64,000 bases of DNA from Eledone cirrhosa (Eukaryota), in NCBI GenBank assembly GCA_964016885.1, contig OZ024740.1, positions 47,678,001-47,742,000 on the forward strand, written 5' to 3'. Position 1 is the first letter of the stretch. Each line of letters begins with the position of its first letter. The position numbers and the translations under genes are program-made. The notes beneath the pieces are model-generated. The model was given only the letters and a program-made list of their open reading frames with translations. It did no database searches and was not told where the DNA came from. Positions 63,224 through 64,000 of this stretch are shown here, one piece after another.

Positions 63224-64000
63224 AAAGAAAGTGTCAACTTTTTTAATAATACTGTAAGTTGTTCTAATTTTAAATTTCCTTCCTCACCTTGAGCCATGAA
63301 ATCATTGGAATTTTATTTTTATGAATTTATTTGTATATATATTATTCATCTATATTTTTCTATTTTAATTTTCTTTGTTTTTTGGTTTTTTTTTCTTGAA
63401 ACAAAAACTGAAGATTTATAACAGAAATACAATTGAATCTTGAAGTGAACGGAAAATAATGGACATACTCAGAATTTTTGGATCACCTATGTTAAAATCA
63501 GAATCAAGTTAAATTCTGAAATGTGTTATTTAAGTAACTTCCTTAATATAAACAAGAAGTTGTTTCAAATAACAGAAGATACAAAATGTTACATGATTTA
63601 ATATAAATTGCCCTATGATTTTGAAATGGAATGAAAAAAAAATTTAAGACAGTGCTTAGCAAACCTTACAACTTTCATAAAATAGCACAAACTTTACTGT
63701 AAAGACCTGAAATAAAATAGAAATAGATTATTCAGATATAACATGTTTCTATAAATTCATTTAAAAATTAGATTATAAATTAAATTAAATTATATATATA
63801 TATATATATATTTTGTAATTATATTTTAGCAATGAATGTTCCAGATATTTTGTATATAATATATTACATATTGAAAGTAAAACCTAGATTATCCAAACAC
63901 CCACACATGCATGAATAATTCTGCAGCAACCACTAGATAAAATATTTGCTTATGCAATAACATTGTTTAAATATTTAAAATCTTTAGGGTTCTTCCAAGT

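Overview
AT-rich, repeat-dense eukaryotic DNA. It is not prokaryotic and has no CRISPR array, rRNA or true tRNA gene. The RTE LINE and tRNA-derived SINE content suggests a coleoid cephalopod, probably an octopus (inference). I reconstructed three host genes by hand from splice signals and exon phases. (1) The 3' end of a + strand gene, last exon 11238-11711. (2) A convergent - strand gene with at least 4 exons (21699 to 13240) and a possible 1-nt homopolymer frameshift. (3) A 13-exon + strand gene (31348-61983, about 671 aa) with a disordered N-half, a coiled-coil C-half and a 15-nt microexon. I could not name any of them. The introns and intergenic space hold an LTR-less Gypsy pol fragment with a locally templated insertion, a Helitron>RTE>RTE triple nest, and an internally deleted Gypsy element with LTRs and a 5-bp TSD. 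They also hold a Buster-type hAT with an 8-bp TSD carrying a 27x40-bp minisatellite, CRE, CR1 and Jockey-like LINE relics, piggyBac, Tc1 and hAT MITEs, many SINEs, and several fold-back palindromes. The most notable non-coding signals are a complete minimal type I hammerhead ribozyme on the - strand (23702-23773) and a 112-bp near-perfect hairpin (18936-19047), both next to (TA)n tracts. All calls are by eye; no searches were run.
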